The notes beneath the pieces were generated by a model. That model was not told where the DNA came from. It searched no databases and saw only the letters and a list, made by a program, of their open reading frames with translations. From positions 96,001 to 160,000 of the forward strand of contig CAVONQ010000014.1 of assembly GCA_963697335.1 (NCBI GenBank): a stretch of 64,000 nucleotides of DNA, given 5' to 3'. The DNA comes from an uncultured cyanobacterium. GTDB lineage: Bacteria > Cyanobacteriota > Cyanobacteriia > PCC-6307 > Cyanobiaceae. Position numbers and translations under genes: made by a program. This document shows positions 61,475-64,000 of the stretch, piece after piece (the first letter of the stretch is position 1; every line of letters starts with the position of its first letter).

Positions 61475-62645
61475 CCGTGATCGTGCTTTGCGAGGGGCTT
61501 GCCCAGGAGGGCGCCGTGGCCACCGTGGCCTGGCATCAGGCCCTCGGCCTGGCCCGGAGCCAGCCGGTGTGCCTGATCAGCGATGGCCTCAGCCCCCAGC
61601 GTCGTGATCGGCTGCAGCAGCTTGGCGGCTTCTGAGGGTGCGGCTGCTGTCGGTGCCGTCGATGCAGTCACTGCGCCGCTTCGCCCACCTTCCCCGCCAA
61701 CTGCTCTGGATCCTGCTGGCCCTGCGCAGCACCGCTCGCGAGCTGGACCCGCCACGCAGCCCCCCCACTGCTGTGCTCTGCCACAGCCATCCCCTGGCAG
61801 CGGCTGTGGGCTGGTGCTTTGGCCGCCGGGTGCGACTGGTGCTGGTGAGCCATGGCGATGTGTTCCATCGACCTCCCGGCAGCTACGACCCCGCCGTCAC
61901 CTGGCTATACCGGCGCACCACGCGCCCGGCCCACCGGCTTGCCACCGCCAATGTGGCCCTCTCGCCCGTGATGGCGGAGCGTATCGCCGCCCACGGAGTG
62001 CCGGCCTCGCGCATCGCCCTGATCCCCAACGGGTTGGATGCCGCTGAAATCGGCCTGGCCGAGCCACCCTGCACGCGCGCCGAGCACTGGCATCAACGCC
62101 CACTGCGGCTGCTGTTCGTGGGCCGCATCGACCCTGTGAAAGGGGTGGACGTGCTCCTGGAGGCCCTGGCCCTGCTGCGCGATCGAGGCCTGGCCATGCG
62201 GCTGGATCTGATTGGCCGCGCCAGCCCCAACCAGAGCCGGGATCTCGATGGACGGATCCACCGGTTGGGGCTTGGCGGTCTAGTGGATTGGCTGGGAGTC
62301 GTGCCCCGCCACGAGCTGGCTGATCACTATGCCTGTTGCCATCTGGTGGTAGTACCGTCTCGCGACGACCCACTGCCCACCGTGGTGCTGGAAGCCATGG
62401 CCTGCGGCCGACCAGTGTTAGGCAGCGCCGTGGGGGGCATCAGCTTCTTGGTGGTTCAGGCAGTGACGGGCTTGCTGGTGCCGCCCGGGGACCCCATGGC
62501 CCTGGCTGATGCCCTGGCAGCACTGGACGCAGATGCCAATGCCTTGGCATCCCTGGCCCAGGCTGGGCTCAGCCGCGCAGGCCTGTTCAGCTGGCAGGCC
62601 AATGGGAAGGCCCTGCAGAACCTGATTGCTCCGCTGCCACTGTGA
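61471..62645 (+). pseudogene. GT4 glycosyltransferase, frameshifted near 61630
   Basis: MTVIVLCEGL..GAVA (61471-61635), then IPNG, FVGRIDPVKG, VVPSR.D....VLEAMACG in another frame. Confidence 0.8.
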
Positions 62646-63727
62646 TGACTTCTGCAGCCCCCACTCGTCCGAGCGTCAGTGTTGTCATTCCCACGTTCAA
62701 CGGGGGCACCTGGCTACTGGACGCGATCCGCAGCTGTGTGGATCACCAGAGTGTGAACTTGGAGGTGATCGTGGTGGATGACGCCTCCACTGACGACACA
62801 CCGGATCAGGTGAGGTACAACTTCCCGGCAGTGCGCCTGATCCGCCAGCCCCACAACAGCCGCTCGGGAGCGCGAGGCCGCAACGCCGGCTTGCAATGCG
62901 CCACTGGGGTTTACGTGAAGTTCCTGGATCACGACGATCTGCTGGAACCGGAAACGTTGTGTTTAGAAGTTGCCGCGGCAGAGGCTGAAGCCGCCGACAT
63001 GGTGATGTGTCGATGGGGAGATGTACGCACAGATTCGGACGGCACTCTGATCGAAGCCACCAGAAGGACGTTCATTCCGCCGGCACCAGAGCGGCTGGTG
63101 GAAGCCATTCTGATGGGAGAAAAGGTGCCCTACACCGCAGGCGTGCTCTATCGGCGCAGCTATATTGCAGATCAGCGTTGGGATCCCCGTTGCACCATCA
63201 ACGACGACTTCGACTGGTTCTGCCGGAATGCCCTGAGAGGGGGAAGATCATTCGCCTCGATCATGTGAGCTACTACTGGCGACTGCATCCAAAGTCCATC
63301 CAAGGGAGCCAGAACTTGAACCCCATCGCCTTCGTGGAATCTGTCTGCATCCACGATCATGTCTATCGATCTATCGCAGACGCACTCGGGGAACGCCAGC
63401 AGCTGACACCACTCTATAGCTATCTTCTAGCTGGCCAGCTCTACATTGGACTGAGGGTGTTGTCACGCTTCCATCCGGCTCTTTGCCGCCAGTCACTTCA
63501 GCGGATTGAGGAGCTTCGATACCGGCTTGCCGGCCCAGCACTGCTCAGGAGAGCTCCAAGTGGGTTCGATGGGCAATAAGGGCAACAGGATTGAGAGTCT
63601 TCCTATACTTATATCGTTTGGCAATGACCATACCAGACCACCTACGCTTCGACAACCAGAGGATGAGGTTTTTCGACCGCCTTGGCCATGGGGAGAGCTA
63701 ACAATGGTGCGCAATTACTATTTATAG
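62642..63727 (+). pseudogene. GT2 glycosyltransferase, frameshifted (G run 63239-63243, probably again near 63520-63545); 3' end uncertain
   Basis: VSVVIPTFN, VDDASTD, RNAG, FLDHDD, DDFD, then KIIRLDHVSYYWRLH in the next frame. Confidence 0.75.
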
Positions 63728-64000
63728 TGGAGGAGGGCGCCCGCAACCGCCATGGATTCGATTCAAATCGGAGGGCACCTACCTGTTTGCCTCTGCATGC
63801 CTTGAGCAACGGCTCATCTTTCCTTGGCTCGGAGATCGGCGGTAGATACTAACCTCCAAAACCCGAACATTTTTCTGCCATGATACCCTCAGTTTAATCA
63901 TTATGCAGATAGCTTCGAAATTAATTTGCAATGCCAAAAAGTTTCGACTTCAATTAATCTGGCTTCTACGATCGGTTTTTGTCCTTTCTGATGTCGAGGC

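Overview
High-GC picocyanobacterial chromosome segment (Cyanobium/Synechococcus-like, judged from psaE, the aroQ-miaE-tRNA-Tyr/Thr block and mutM). 1-11 kb: fermentative/hydrogenase accessory genes (3' end of PFOR nifJ, DHOD-like flavoprotein, hypD, hypE, D-lactate dehydrogenase), plus an aldose epimerase, MscS and a VTT-flavoprotein fusion. 11-17.6 kb: small accessory genes (GH57, S8 protease, SDR, MOSC, a broken 2OG-Fe(II) oxygenase). 17.6-37.3 kb: surface-polysaccharide island. Two divergent DUF4082-type proteins (one fused to a predicted self-cleaving Hint domain, one an NPCBM/Calx-beta/beta-helix mosaic) abut a complete Wzx/Wzy cluster (GTs, wzy, asnB amidotransferase, pssD/E-like, wzx, wcaJ, wzc, wza). 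37.3-48.2 kb: core genes (miaE, aroQ, 2 tRNAs, methyltransferase, ALDH, LysM protein, recQ, psaE, mutM, mtnB, mtnC). 48.2-64 kb: second glycan locus (putative OM beta-barrel, second wza, dual-specificity phosphatase, VioA-like aminotransferase, ABC flippase, GT10- and NodZ-like fucosyltransferases, acetyltransferase, GT2/GT4 genes); its last 6 kb carry many frameshifts, several at short G runs. No CRISPR array, rRNA or intact transposase was seen. All family calls are from motif recognition by eye; no database search was run.
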